This document shows positions 37,811 through 48,718 of a stretch of DNA of 64,000 nucleotides, piece after piece (the first letter of the stretch is position 1; every line of letters begins with the position of its first letter). The position numbers were made by a program, and so were the translations under genes. This stretch comes from an uncultured Verrucomicrobiae bacterium (GTDB taxonomy: Bacteria > Verrucomicrobiota > Verrucomicrobiia > Chthoniobacterales > Chthoniobacteraceae), in assembly GCA_963828525.1 (NCBI GenBank), contig CAWHEP010000010.1:304896-368895 (forward strand), read 5' to 3'. The notes under the pieces were generated by a model, which ran no database searches, was not told where the DNA came from, and saw nothing but the letters and a program-made list of their open reading frames with translations.

Positions 37811-40364
37811 TCAAAACAGGGACAACTGCGGACGGCCTTTCCATTCTTTCCGGCGACGTGGTTTTTTCCGCGGAATGGGCGCTTCGGCGATGACGGTTTG
37901 CCGTCGGCGTTGAGCTCGGATTGTTCGAGGTTACCGAGGATTTCCTTGGCGCGCTTGATGATTTCCGGAGGGAGGCCGGCGAGACGCGCGACCTGGATGC
38001 CGTAGCTTTTGTCGGCTCCGCCACGGATGATCTTGCGGAGGAAGATGATCTGCTCGTTCCATTCACGGACGGCGACGTTGTAAGTTTTTGACGCCGCCGC
38101 GGGTCATTTCGAGTTCGGTGAGCTCGTGGTAGTGGGTGGCGAAAAGGGTCCTCGCCTTGATGGTATCGTGCAGAAACTCGGCAACGCTCCATGCGATGGA
38201 GAGGCCATCGAAGGTGGAAGTGCCGCGACCAATTTCATCGAGAATGATGAGGCTCTTCTCGGTCGCATTGTTGGTGATGTTGGCGGTCTCGTTCATTTCG
38301 ACCATGAACGTGGACTGGCCGCGGGAGATATCGTCATTCGCGCCGACGCGGGTGAAAATGCGATCCACGATGCCGATTTCGGCTTCTTTGGCAGGGATAT
38401 AACTGCCGATCTGCGCCATGAGGACGAGCAGCGCGACCTGGCGTATATAGGTGGATTTGCCCGCCATATTCGGGCCGGTGATGACGAGGAGGCGATTCTC
38501 TTTCGAATCGAGTTCCACATCATTTGGGACAAACTTCTCCTCCGCCAGGCTTTGATCGAGGACCGGATGACGGCCATCGCAAATCCTGACGCGCGGAGAA
38601 TCCGATAGAGCAGGGCGGCAGTAACCGTACAGGCGGGCGACCTCGGCGAGAGAGGCAAGGGTGTCGAGACTGGCAATGGCGGAGGCAGTCTGCTGGAGAG
38701 CGTCAAGTTCTTTTAGAACGAGGTCGCGCGTTTCCACGAACAGCTCTGACTCCAGGCCGCGGGCGCGTTCATCCGCGCCGAGGATGCGGCCCTCCATCTC
38801 CTTCAATTCCGGGAGTCGCGAAACGCTCGCCGTTTACCGTGGTCTGCTTGCGGATGTAGGTGGCGGGGACGTTCGAAAGATTGCTTTTGGTGATCTCGAT
38901 GAAATAGCCAAAGACGGAGGTGTATCTCACCTTCAGCGATTTGATGCCGGTGGCTTCGATTTCGCGCTGCTGCAACCTGGCGATCCAGTCTTTGCCATCG
39001 CGGCAGGCGGAACGAAGCTCATCGAGATCCGCGTTATAGCCATCGCGGAAAAGACCTCCATCGCGGGTGAGAACGGGCGGCTCATCGACAATGGCGGAGG
39101 ATAGCAGGGAGACGAGCGGGGAAAGGTCGCGCATCTGGGCGCTCAAAGTCCCAGCGAGTGAAGTCGCCGAGAGCTGTTCTCGGTTAGGAGGAGGGTCGGT
39201 GTCCTGTGGAGACAGGCCGTTGGCTGAAAAGGGCGCGCCGAGAGCGGCCAGCGCGGTTTTGATTTCCGGGATCTGCCGCAACGACTGTCGCAACGCGACC
39301 AGGTCGCGGGCGTTTCCTCCGCCCTGGCTGAGGCGGCCCACGGTGCGCTCGATATCTCGCACGGCGCTCAGCGTTTCGCGCAACTGACCTAGAACAAAAG
39401 GGTCGTGGAGGCAATCACCGATGAAGCTTTGCCGAGCCTTGAGCGCCTCGACGTCCTGGAGGGGATGAAGGATCCAGTCGCGGAGCTTGCGACCTCCCAT
39501 GGGGGTGATTGTCTTATCCAGCGCGCCGAGGAGGCTGCAGTCGCGAGACCCCCTGGAGGTGACGAGCTCCAGGTTGGCCTGCGTGGCGGCATCCATCACC
39601 AGGAAGGCGGAGTTCTTGTAGCAGGAGAGGCGGGTGATGTGCCGCGTATCGCGACGCAATTGATTCTTAACGTAGTGCAGAATGGCGCCCGCGGCGCAGA
39701 TCGCCCGTTCCATGTGCGCGCATCCAAACCCGTCGAGAGACTGGACGGCGAAATGATCACGGAGGACAAAAGCGGCCTGTTCGAGAAGGAAAGTATAACC
39801 GTCGCAACCGCAGACGCCGGGTAGACGGGCGAAGGTTTCCTCCTGCTCCTCGGGCACCAGCACTTCGGAAGGAAGCACGCGAGCAAGTTCATCTTCCAGT
39901 TCGGCTTCGGAGGCGAGTTCGGTAAGGCGAAAGTCACCCGTGCTGAGATCCATGTACGCAAAGCCGTAAATGGAATCGGCCAGGTAGATGGCGGCGAGGA
40001 AGTTATTCCGCTTTGATTCCAGGATGTTCACGTCGCTGACGGTGCCTGGGCTGATGACCTGGGTGAGCTGGCGCTCGACGAGCTTGCCGGGCTGCGCTTC
40101 GCCCACCTGGTCGCAGATCGCGACGCGCTTGCCGGCGCGAATGAGTTTCGCGATGTAGCCTTCGGCGGCATGGTACGGCACGCCGCACATGGGAGTGAGA
40201 TGACGCTTCGTCAGCGCGACATTCAGAATGGCCGAAGCCTCCTTCGCATCCTCAAAGAACATCTCGTAGAAATCGCCAAGGCGGAAGAGCAGCAGGGTAT
40301 CCTTTGGCAGACTCCGCCTGATGCTCTGGTATTGCCGCATCATCGGGGTCAAGGAATCTGACAT
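37811..40364 (-). CDS. mutS: DNA mismatch repair protein MutS, three apparent frameshifts (near 38811, 38082, 37895)
   Basis: [42 protein letters not shown] and [11 protein letters not shown]. The reconstructed C-terminus GRPQLSLF* is a clamp-binding-like motif. Confidence 0.95.
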
Positions 40365-40401
40365 GGCGAAAAGCGGGCGGCAGAGAACGGCGATGCCCGT
40401 G

Positions 40402-41343
40402 TCAGAGCTGAGAAGCGTGTCGAGCGGCGGGTTCCTCGGCAAAGCGGGAGTCACGGATGCCAAGGCTGGCGAAGATTTGGCGCGTAGCGTCTGAGCGATT
40501 CAGTGTGTAAAAGTGAATGCCGCTTACCTGATTTTCGAGGAGGTCATGGCATTGCTCGGAAGCGTAGTGGATGCCAACGCGCGAGACCATTTCGGGATCT
40601 TCCTGGCAGCGTTGGAGGGAACGGAGGAGCCTTGCGGGGAATCGGGCGCCGCCCGCGAGGTCAGCCATGCGCCTGAGGCCGGAGACCGATGTGATGGGCA
40701 TGATCCCGGCAATGATCGGGATATGGATGCCGGCGAGCGCGCAGCGATCCCGAAAATCGAGGAAGTCACGGTTATCAAAAAACAACTGGGTCACGATGTA
40801 ATCCGCGCCCGCGTCCACTTTCTGTTTGAGGTAATCCATCTCCAGAAGGCGGTTCGGAGTGGCGGGATGGCCTTCCGGGAAGCCTGCCACGCCGATGCCA
40901 AATCCGCGCGGATCGGGATGCTCCCCGGAGTCGTTGAATTTCTTGATAAACTTTACGAGATCGGCGGCGCGCTGGAAGCGGTCTTCCTGTTTGCTGTAGG
41001 GGATGCCGCGAGGAGCGTCGCCGCCCAAGGCGAGGATATTGCCAACAGAACTCAGCGCGTAGCGGCGGAGGATTGCCTCGATCTCCGCTTCTGAGTGGCA
41101 GACGCAGGTAAGGTGGGGAATTGCGTTAAGAGGCGTGTGAGCCTGGATACGGGTAACCAGTTCGTGAGTAAGTTCGCGTGTGGAGCCGCCCGCCCCGTAT
41201 GTGACGCTGACGAAATGGGGAAGGTAGGGTTCGAGGTCCCGAATGGTCTTGTATAGGCTCTCAGCGGACTCCGGAGTCTTCGGCGGGAAGAACTCGAAAG
41301 AAAAGGTGGTGGGATGATTCCGGAAGATGTCCTGGATGTGCAT
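40402..41343 (-). CDS. metF: Methylenetetrahydrofolate reductase
   Basis: FSFEFFPPK, SVTYGAGGS, HLTC, TQLFFD and HFYTLNR. Confidence 0.96.
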   Translation of the reverse strand: MHIQDIFRNHPTTFSFEFFPPKTPESAESLYKTIRDLEPYLPHFVSVTYGAGGSTRELTHELVTRIQAHTPLNAIPHLTCVCHSEAEIEAILRRYALSSVGNILALGGDAPRGIPYSKQEDRFQRAADLVKFIKKFNDSGEHPDPRGFGIGVAGFPEGHPATPNRLLEMDYLKQKVDAGADYIVTQLFFDNRDFLDFRDRCALAGIHIPIIAGIMPITSVSGLRRMADLAGGARFPARLLRSLQRCQEDPEMVSRVGIHYASEQCHDLLENQVSGIHFYTLNRSDATRQIFASLGIRDSRFAEEPAARHASQL

Positions 41344-41572
41344 AGAAAAGGCGGAACCGCCTTGGAGCCAGCCGCTAGTATGACTTGATTTGAAATAGAT
41401 TCAATTCTGTTGAAGAGGCGTCTCCCGGTCGAATTAATAGGCGCCGGGGAAACAGCATAGCGTCAGCAATTTTACCGCGGCGAGTGCGAGGAGCGCATCT
41501 TACCGATAAATGTTTCTGAAGCGGATAGAATAGCGTTGACACCTTAGACGGTCTTGTGAAGTCTCGCACCCC

Positions 41573-42529
41573 GTGAGATTTACCCCTTTCCGATTTGTCG
41601 TCGCGGCCACGCTCGCGTCCACCGCATTGCACCTCTCCAGCCAGCGGGTATTCGCGCAGGCGGATCAATCGCGGATCGAGCAATCGCAGCGGTTTCGAAC
41701 CAGTGTGCAGCCTTCGGACGAAGCGCACAACCAGAGCGAGATCGTGGGAGAACCGGCGCCGGATAGCCCCGGCGACAACGATCTCGGCGAGCAAGTGATT
41801 TTGAAGCGGCAGGAAAAGCCGAATCCGTTTACCGTGTTTGGAGAAGTTTCCGGGTTCGACACGACAAACGCCGCGCTGACAAAGCATAACGAGAAGAACG
41901 ACGGCTTTTTGTTCTCGCAGGTCGGGTTCAGCTACCAGCCCCGGATTAATCGGGATTTGTCGGCAGACTTTACGATCCGCCAGGCAGTTTTCAGGTATGC
42001 GACATTCAGCCAGCTCGACTTCGAGAGTCTGAATATCGGGACAGGCCTGACGTATGTGGACGAGTCGTTGTGGAATGTGGCGTTCTCGGCGCGTTACAAC
42101 TTCAACCTGCTGACGGACGCGGTGAGCTATAAGGACTTCTTCGAAGATCACACGCTTACGCTAGGGGCGCTGAAGACGTTCAGCCTGAGCAAGGCGCACT
42201 TCCTTTACGCTGGTTTCTCGGGCGTGCTCGGCTGGAGCATTCCTTCGGCGTCGGAACGGGATGAGGTGGGGCCGTACTTTGGGTATCATTCCGCGCTCAC
42301 CCGCAACCTGACGCTGGACCTGTTCTACCGGATCGCGTGGTTTCACTATAACTTCGGAAACCGCGAAGATTTGAACCAGACGCTGGCGGCAGCGCTGCAA
42401 TATAACTTCACACCGTGGTTGAGCATTAACGCTTCGTTGAGCTCCGGGTTCAACAATTCCAACCATTCCCAGCTTGATTACACGACCCTGAACTCCGGTG
42501 GCGGCCTTTCCGTCAGCTACAAGTTTTAA
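41573..42529 (+). CDS. Outer-membrane beta-barrel protein
   Basis: Signal peptide, aromatic-rich alternating strands and C-terminal GLSVSYKF. Confidence 0.8.
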   Translation: MRFTPFRFVVAATLASTALHLSSQRVFAQADQSRIEQSQRFRTSVQPSDEAHNQSEIVGEPAPDSPGDNDLGEQVILKRQEKPNPFTVFGEVSGFDTTNAALTKHNEKNDGFLFSQVGFSYQPRINRDLSADFTIRQAVFRYATFSQLDFESLNIGTGLTYVDESLWNVAFSARYNFNLLTDAVSYKDFFEDHTLTLGALKTFSLSKAHFLYAGFSGVLGWSIPSASERDEVGPYFGYHSALTRNLTLDLFYRIAWFHYNFGNREDLNQTLAAALQYNFTPWLSINASLSSGFNNSNHSQLDYTTLNSGGGLSVSYKF

Positions 42530-42563
42530 CATACCCCGACCTATGGCATACCCCACCGTATTC

Positions 42564-45500
42564 ATGAAACGCAGTGCCTTTCTCGCGGCGATTGTTTTCA
42601 CCTTGGTGCGCGCTGCCCGGAGCGCGCGCCGTGACCTTGCACCGCGCCGAGATCACCCAATTCTACAATGATGTGAAGGTCATCGGGCCGTCCGGGGCGC
42701 ATCCGGCCGCCGTGCAGGAAGTCATTGAGGATGGGCGCGGCGTGCGAACGGGTCTGGACTCTCGCGCGGAATTGCTTTTCCAGGACAAGAGCGTTACGCG
42801 ATTAGGCGCAAACACGCTGTTTAACTTTGACCCTGGAACTCGCAAAATGGAATGCCGAAGCGGCACCATGTTACTCCAGGTTCCTAAGAACATCGGCGGA
42901 GCGACCATCCGCACCGCGGCGGTAACCGCGGCAATCACTGGCACAACAATCCTGCTGGAGTACTCGCCGGATGTGAATCCGCCTCCCGGTTCGGGCAAAA
43001 AGAAGCGGCATGGGTATGTGAAGGTGATCGTGCTGGAGGGGACGCTGCGTCTTTATCTGAACGACCGACTGGGCGAATCGACGCTCATCACGCCCGGCAA
43101 AATGATCATTCTGCCGCCGGACGCTTTTTCGATTCCCGATCCCGTGGATGTGGATATTGATCGATTGATCGAGACCTCGTTCCTTATCAACAACAGGTAT
43201 TGGAACAGGGCAGACTCGCAGTTCAGCCTGGATCCTGTGCGTCCGGAGATTACGAAGCAGGAAAAGTCGCTCGGCAGCGGAAACCTGAGACAAACGAATG
43301 CTTTGATCCTTGGAAAAGGGACGAGCGTGATCATCGCCACGGCGGATTTGCTGAACAACCTGGATCGGCGATTCAACGCGGAAAATCCATTCCGCCCATC
43401 TCCAAGTCCTTCGCCGGGGGCTTCGCCCGCTCCAACTCAGACTCAGGCGGTGAGCACACCGACCCCGAAACCGACACCCGGTCTTATTACCTCTCCTAAT
43501 CCATATGTCGTGCAGGGTGGGACGAATCCGACGGTGATCGTTACTGAGCCAAGCATTACAACCGCAGGGGTGACCGAACTTGGATTCCTCTATCCCGGGC
43601 CGAAAGCGGGAACGGCGTCGGACTTCCTGTTTGGGCCAACCGGGCAGCAGGAGCACCTGTTCTTTCTGAACGGGTTTAACCAGCACATCGCGTCCTTGAA
43701 CGCGCCGCTGGCAGTCTTCAAATTTTCCTCCCTTGTGTTCACAGGAGCTCCCCTCATCGACACAACAAACGGAACGTCTGACCTGGCGCTTGTGTCGGAT
43801 AACGGAATTTCCGGAGACCTTTTCTCGTCGCCCGGCCAAGGCCTAAGACCGAGGATCAGAGGCGACCTCCTCTCCGGGGCCGGACATTCAATACCTGCTT
43901 CACTCCAGAAGCTAACTTATTTGCTGCTTGCCACCAAGAATGGCCCGATCCACCTGATATCGAATAGTCCTTTCCCGTTGCAGCCGAACACACTCGAGAT
44001 CGATCTGCTGGCGCGCGGACACAATGGAGACGTGATCCTCGACACGCCGATTGGCGCGGGAGTGTTTAATGTGGCAGCGGAGAACACGATCCAGTTCAAC
44101 AACTATGTAAACGCTGGCGTGATCAGGGGACTCTCGCTTGGAGATACCATATTCGGGCCCAACGCGTCGCTTTCGGCGCCGACAATCGACCTGCGGAGCG
44201 CCGGGAACATCATTCTGAACCAGGGAAATTTCGACATTCCGACGCTTACTTCGCTGACGGTGAACGCTACCAAGGTGTCCCTCTCGTCGAACTTTTCTTT
44301 TGGACCGACGGTGCCTGTGTCAATCAATGCCGGGATCGGGGGCTTCGATACGCAAGGATTCAACATCTTCGCTACGAGCGATGGATTGGTTCAAGGCTTG
44401 CTCGAACTGAGCGTGGCGGGCGGCTCATTCAGCGGGAATGCGGTGACCGCGGATAATGTCACTATTCAAAATGGCAGCTTCACGACAACGTCGGACGTGT
44501 TGGTGAACAATCTCACAGCCGGACAGATCAATGTGACGGGTAATCTCACTGCGGCAAACCAGATTCTCGGTTCGGGCATCAATGTTACCGGGAATATCCA
44601 GGCGCTGTCGGTCATTACCAACGGCGGTGACATCCTCGCGTCAAACATCAACGGAAATACAAACGCGCAGGGAAACATCACTGTGACGAACAGGCTGTTT
44701 GGAACCTCGGCGATTGCATCGGGGAATATCTCTGCCGGAACATTGGGTGTTGAAACAGTGAGCACCCCGGGGAATGTGGTGATTGGAGCTGGCGGTATCA
44801 CGAATCGGAGTTTCACAAATAATCTCATCGCTGATCCTGCCGCATTCTCGATCAGCGCGAACACGGTTTCGTCCCAGGGGGGCATAAATTTCGTGGGAAC
44901 AGCGCAGACGGACTCGCAGAACGGTCTGCCTGGGAACGGCGGAACGCTTTCGCTGACGATAAACTCCCTGGTATTGAACCCGACCGCTGTCGGCGCCATA
45001 TCCAGCGCGAATCTCAATGGAGCGGACGCGGTGTCGGGCGTTACCGCCGGGGGCAACGGAGGCACGCTCAATGTCTTCTCAAACTTTGGGCCGATCACGA
45101 TCAACGCGCCGATCGACGCGACGACGGGCGGCCAATTTCGGAACGAGTTCGCCCGGCGGGGCTGGCGGCAACGTGAATTTGTTTTCCTCCTTTGACACGG
45201 TCACCGTGAATGATGTGGTGACGGTATCGGGCGCAAGCGCCACGTCTCCTAATGCGAACAGCGCGTCTGGCGGCAACATAGACATCACGAGCGGCAAGCC
45301 GACTGGAGTCGCAATCAACATCGGCAGCACTGCCCAGTTGCTGTCGCTCCTTAATTCGACGGGACCCGGTGGGATCATCAACATCGCGTCAACAGGCGGT
45401 GATGTTCAGGTGTCCGGCAAGATACAGGCCGACAGGGGGCAGATCAGCATCCAGAACACGGCAGTGCCGGGAGTGGTGGTGCTATCGGCGGCAAACCTGA

Positions 45501-45835
45501 GCGCCGACACCATCAAGGTGGGGGCGATTGGAACGAACGGCCAGCTGACGATCACTGCTGGGTCTTCGGTCAGCGCGAACACGCTGCTGGAGCTTTATGG
45601 AGGGAATGGCGCTCTGGGTTTGGTATCGTTTAAGGGGAACGGGACGGTGAATATCAGCGGCGCCACGATCAACATTGCGGCAACAAAAGTGCAAATCGCC
45701 AATAATACGATGGTTCAGAATGCCGGAACCACTACCGTATTTGCCACGACCCATGCTTACGGACAAGGCAGCGGCCCTGGAAACTTCCAAAATCCCGTGA
45801 CTCAGAAGCCGATCGGGAGCGCGCCCGGCTTCTAA
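42564..45835 (+). CDS. Large secreted FecR-domain protein with Pro/Thr linker and G/N/T/S-rich beta-helix-like passenger (about 1090 aa); apparent +1 frameshifts near 42609 and 45130
   Basis: Reconstructed signal MKRSAFLAAIVFTLV-ALPGARA; FecR motifs VRTG..SRAEL..TRLGANT, AAITGT and VLEG; repeats such as GNGGTL and GGNI. Confidence 0.8.
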
Positions 45836-45981
45836 CTTAAATTAGGATTGTAGGGCGAAGACGCCGCCACGCGGAGAAGAGGGATTCCCTTCTTGAAACG
45901 CTGGCGCGGAGGGGTGTTAACCCTGGGAGGTTTGTTTCAGGTCGCCATGAGAGTGGGGTTGCGTAGTGTTCGGGGTCATCC

Positions 45982-47148
45982 ATGAAGCTGGCTCTCTCTC
46001 TGTTGTGCGAAAATCCGGAGCGCCGGACGGGCCTGACGACCTTGTTTCACGAGTTTGTCTCGGAGGCGCTCGCCCTTTTTCCGGATGTGAGCTGGATCAT
46101 TTTCGCCGGGCCGAACCAGCCGTGGGATGTGTCGGACGCGCGGGTTGAGGTCGTCCGGAAGTTCCAGGCGAATGACCGCATCAAACGCCGTTTGATCGCT
46201 GACCACTTCCTTGTGAGCGGTGTCGCCAGAAAAATGGGCGCGGACGCTCTCCTGACCGTCGGTTTTGTTCCTTTGTTCCAACGGCTTCCCGCGATCATGC
46301 ATCTCTTTTCCCTGCAGCATCTTGATTCGGCTAACCGCGTGGGTCTCGCCAGAGGCGTTTACCGATGGCTCGTCACAGGTCCGAGCATGAGGAAGGCGAG
46401 GCTGATCATCAGCAATTCACGCTTCGCCGCGTCGCAGATTCTCGCTTCATACCCGGCGGGAGAGAAAAAGTTAATGGTGAGTTACGAAGGACTCAGCCAC
46501 CGGGAATTTTCGCCGTCCAGCGGTCCTGACGAAGTCGAACGGCTGCGGGCGCGATTCGATCTGGCTCCGGGCTACTTTCTTTGGATTTCAAACTTCTACC
46601 CTTACAAACAGGCGGAACTTCTGATCGAGGCCTATTCGCTGCTGGACCCCCAGGTCCGGGCTCGTTGCCCGCTAGTCATGGCGGGGGGCGACTGGAATGG
46701 CGGACTCGATTCCGCCAAGGCGCGAATCAAGCAACTTGGCCTGGAGGAAAACGTGATTCTCCCCGGGTGGATAGAGGACGAATGGAGGGCGCCACTCTAC
46801 CGGCAGGCCCTCGCGTTTTGTCTGCCAAGCCGCGAAGAGACATTCGGGCGGTGTGTGACAGAAGCGATGGCTTGCGGGACGCCTTGTATCGTCAATGACA
46901 TCGCGATCATGCACGAGGTCACGGACGGGAAGGCGGTGCTGGTTGACTTTTCGGATCGTGAGAAGGCCGGGGATGCGCTGCGGCGGCTTGCGGAGGATGA
47001 GGCGCTGCGCGCGCGACTTCGGCACGAGGGGATGGAACGCGCGGCTGTTTTCAGTTTCGAGAAACTGACGCGGGATCGCATTCTCGCGATTCGGAATGTG
47101 TTGAGCGGAGGTGATCTGCGGAAGGAACAGGCGCCATGGCAAGCGTAG
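45982..47148 (+). CDS. GT4 glycosyltransferase
   Basis: PSREETFGRCVTEAMACGTP (EX7E motif). Confidence 0.9.
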   Translation: MKLALSLLCENPERRTGLTTLFHEFVSEALALFPDVSWIIFAGPNQPWDVSDARVEVVRKFQANDRIKRRLIADHFLVSGVARKMGADALLTVGFVPLFQRLPAIMHLFSLQHLDSANRVGLARGVYRWLVTGPSMRKARLIISNSRFAASQILASYPAGEKKLMVSYEGLSHREFSPSSGPDEVERLRARFDLAPGYFLWISNFYPYKQAELLIEAYSLLDPQVRARCPLVMAGGDWNGGLDSAKARIKQLGLEENVILPGWIEDEWRAPLYRQALAFCLPSREETFGRCVTEAMACGTPCIVNDIAIMHEVTDGKAVLVDFSDREKAGDALRRLAEDEALRARLRHEGMERAAVFSFEKLTRDRILAIRNVLSGGDLRKEQAPWQA

Positions 47149-47157
47149 CGCAATAAA

Positions 47158-48178
47158 TCAGAATTGGTTAATTCGCTTTTCAAACTCGCCGACTATCCGA
47201 AGAATCTCCTCGAAACTCGGAATGTCTCCGAAAAACATCGGCCCGAGCATTGCTTCATAGTCCCTGCGGCAGTTGGCAAGATGGTTCTTAGGCGGGACTA
47301 GGCGCAAAGCGCCGGGCTTGTGGGTAGAGTAATCCACCCACGAGTAGCGGAAGAATATCTCACGGTGCTCGGCGACCCGTTTGAAGAGGGCCGTGTCCAG
47401 CAGCGCGCGATCTCCGACACAGCTCGTATAAGGCACCAAAGGTCGTAGTAGTGACGGGCCATCCGAAGCTTTCTCGGTTTGTCGGGCGGCCGAAAGGTTT
47501 CCTCATGAAGAAGACAAGCCTTTTCCCAGAAGGTGCGCTCGGCAGCAAGTACGCGGACGGGGAATGCACCCTCATGATCGAGGGCGGGAAACTGCTCGGT
47601 AACGTATGGCTGAATGAGAATCTCGCTGTGTGGCCAGTCATCGGAGCGAGCGCCAAGTTCAATTTTTACGACCGGCCGAGCGTAACCGGCCGCCTCGGGT
47701 TGAAAGAGGGATGAATATTGGAAAAGCAGGCACTGTCCGTCCGGCAACTCGGGATCAACCTCCAATTTCCAGCCAGTGTCTTCAAGGACTGATGCATGTG
47801 GTTCCTCAAAGATGTCAACAATGGTCCTTGCACCCAATTCCGGCAGGCAACCATTAGCTTTTCGAGACGCGCCCTGCGCTGCTTATTGCTCGAAGTCTTA
47901 TCTGGCGACGCATTTCCGCCGAAACCAAGAGCGGACTTGTCCACGACAAGGTCGATGTCTTCGGAGAATCTTTCAATGAGCTTCCATGCTTTCGATAGCG
48001 AGGTGCCTCCCTTGAAGGTAAGGCGCGCGCCGATGCCAGGCATGGTAAACAGCGCGCGCAATGTCCATGACACCCACAAGTCCTTTTCAACGCTGGCGGC
48101 CTGCAATCCCATTACTTCGTCAACCTGCTGAAAGGCAAGGAGGCGTCGTTCAGGAGGAAGCTGAAGGAAGCGATCCAT
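47158..48178 (-). pseudogene. AbiEii-type nucleotidyltransferase (type IV TA toxin), two apparent -1 frameshifts (near 47783 and 47420)
   Basis: VEKD, FKGGTSLSK..IERFSEDIDL, VKIELGARS, ERTFWEKA and ARHYYDL across three frames. Confidence 0.8.
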
Positions 48179-48179
48179 T

Positions 48180-48635
48180 TCAAGCAGGGGTTTCAGTGAG
48201 TGGGCGCAACAGATCCGCAATCCAGGCTGGGGCGTAGCGCAGATCCTTACGTATCGCGGGACGGTCCGCCGCGTCGATTTGGCGGCGTAGCGCCGGGAGA
48301 ACAGCATCATCGACCCGATCCTTCTCAAGGTAACGAAGGGCTTGGATGAGCGTGCCGCTTTTGCGGCCCGCAGTGGCCATGTTGCGGGGTGTGGTGTGCT
48401 GGAGGATGATCTCCCGTTTGCCGATTTTGACTTTTCGGGCAGCGCCATCCGTGAGGAAGACGATGCGGCTCGGTACCTGATCGGAAAGGCCCACTACATT
48501 CGCAGCGTAGGCTCCGGAGGGCTGGAGCCGGATGGCGCCCCGAATCGCCAGTGCGCGGGCGATGGCATCCGCGGAGGCCGCTACCGTCCCGAGGCCTTCG
48601 TCATGCAGATGCTTCGAGTGTTCCCGCGGTGTCAT
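48180..48635 (-). pseudogene. AbiEi/DUF6088-type antitoxin, N-terminally truncated
   Basis: QPSGAYAANVVGLSDQVP..FLTDG, IQALRYL and APAWI. The N-terminal wHTH appears to be absent. Lies immediately upstream of the AbiEii gene. Confidence 0.7.
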
Positions 48636-48718
48636 CTAATGTGAGGTAACGGCCTGAGCATGAGCCGTCTCCCTTATTTCTTTCACCCCCGCGTGAATGG
48701 GGTAAGGTTGCGAACCTC

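Noticed and set aside
36757..38080. Apparent in-frame fusion of the MutS C-terminus to the prenyltransferase-repeat gene
   Set aside because: A one-base correction near 37895 gives a normal MutS end (QLSLF*, stop at 37811), and the downstream gene has its own signal peptide.
41344..41572. SAM/SAH riboswitch upstream of metF (GAGGAGCGC at about 41488)
   Set aside because: The motif is on the wrong strand for metF, and the rest of the consensus structure is not evident.
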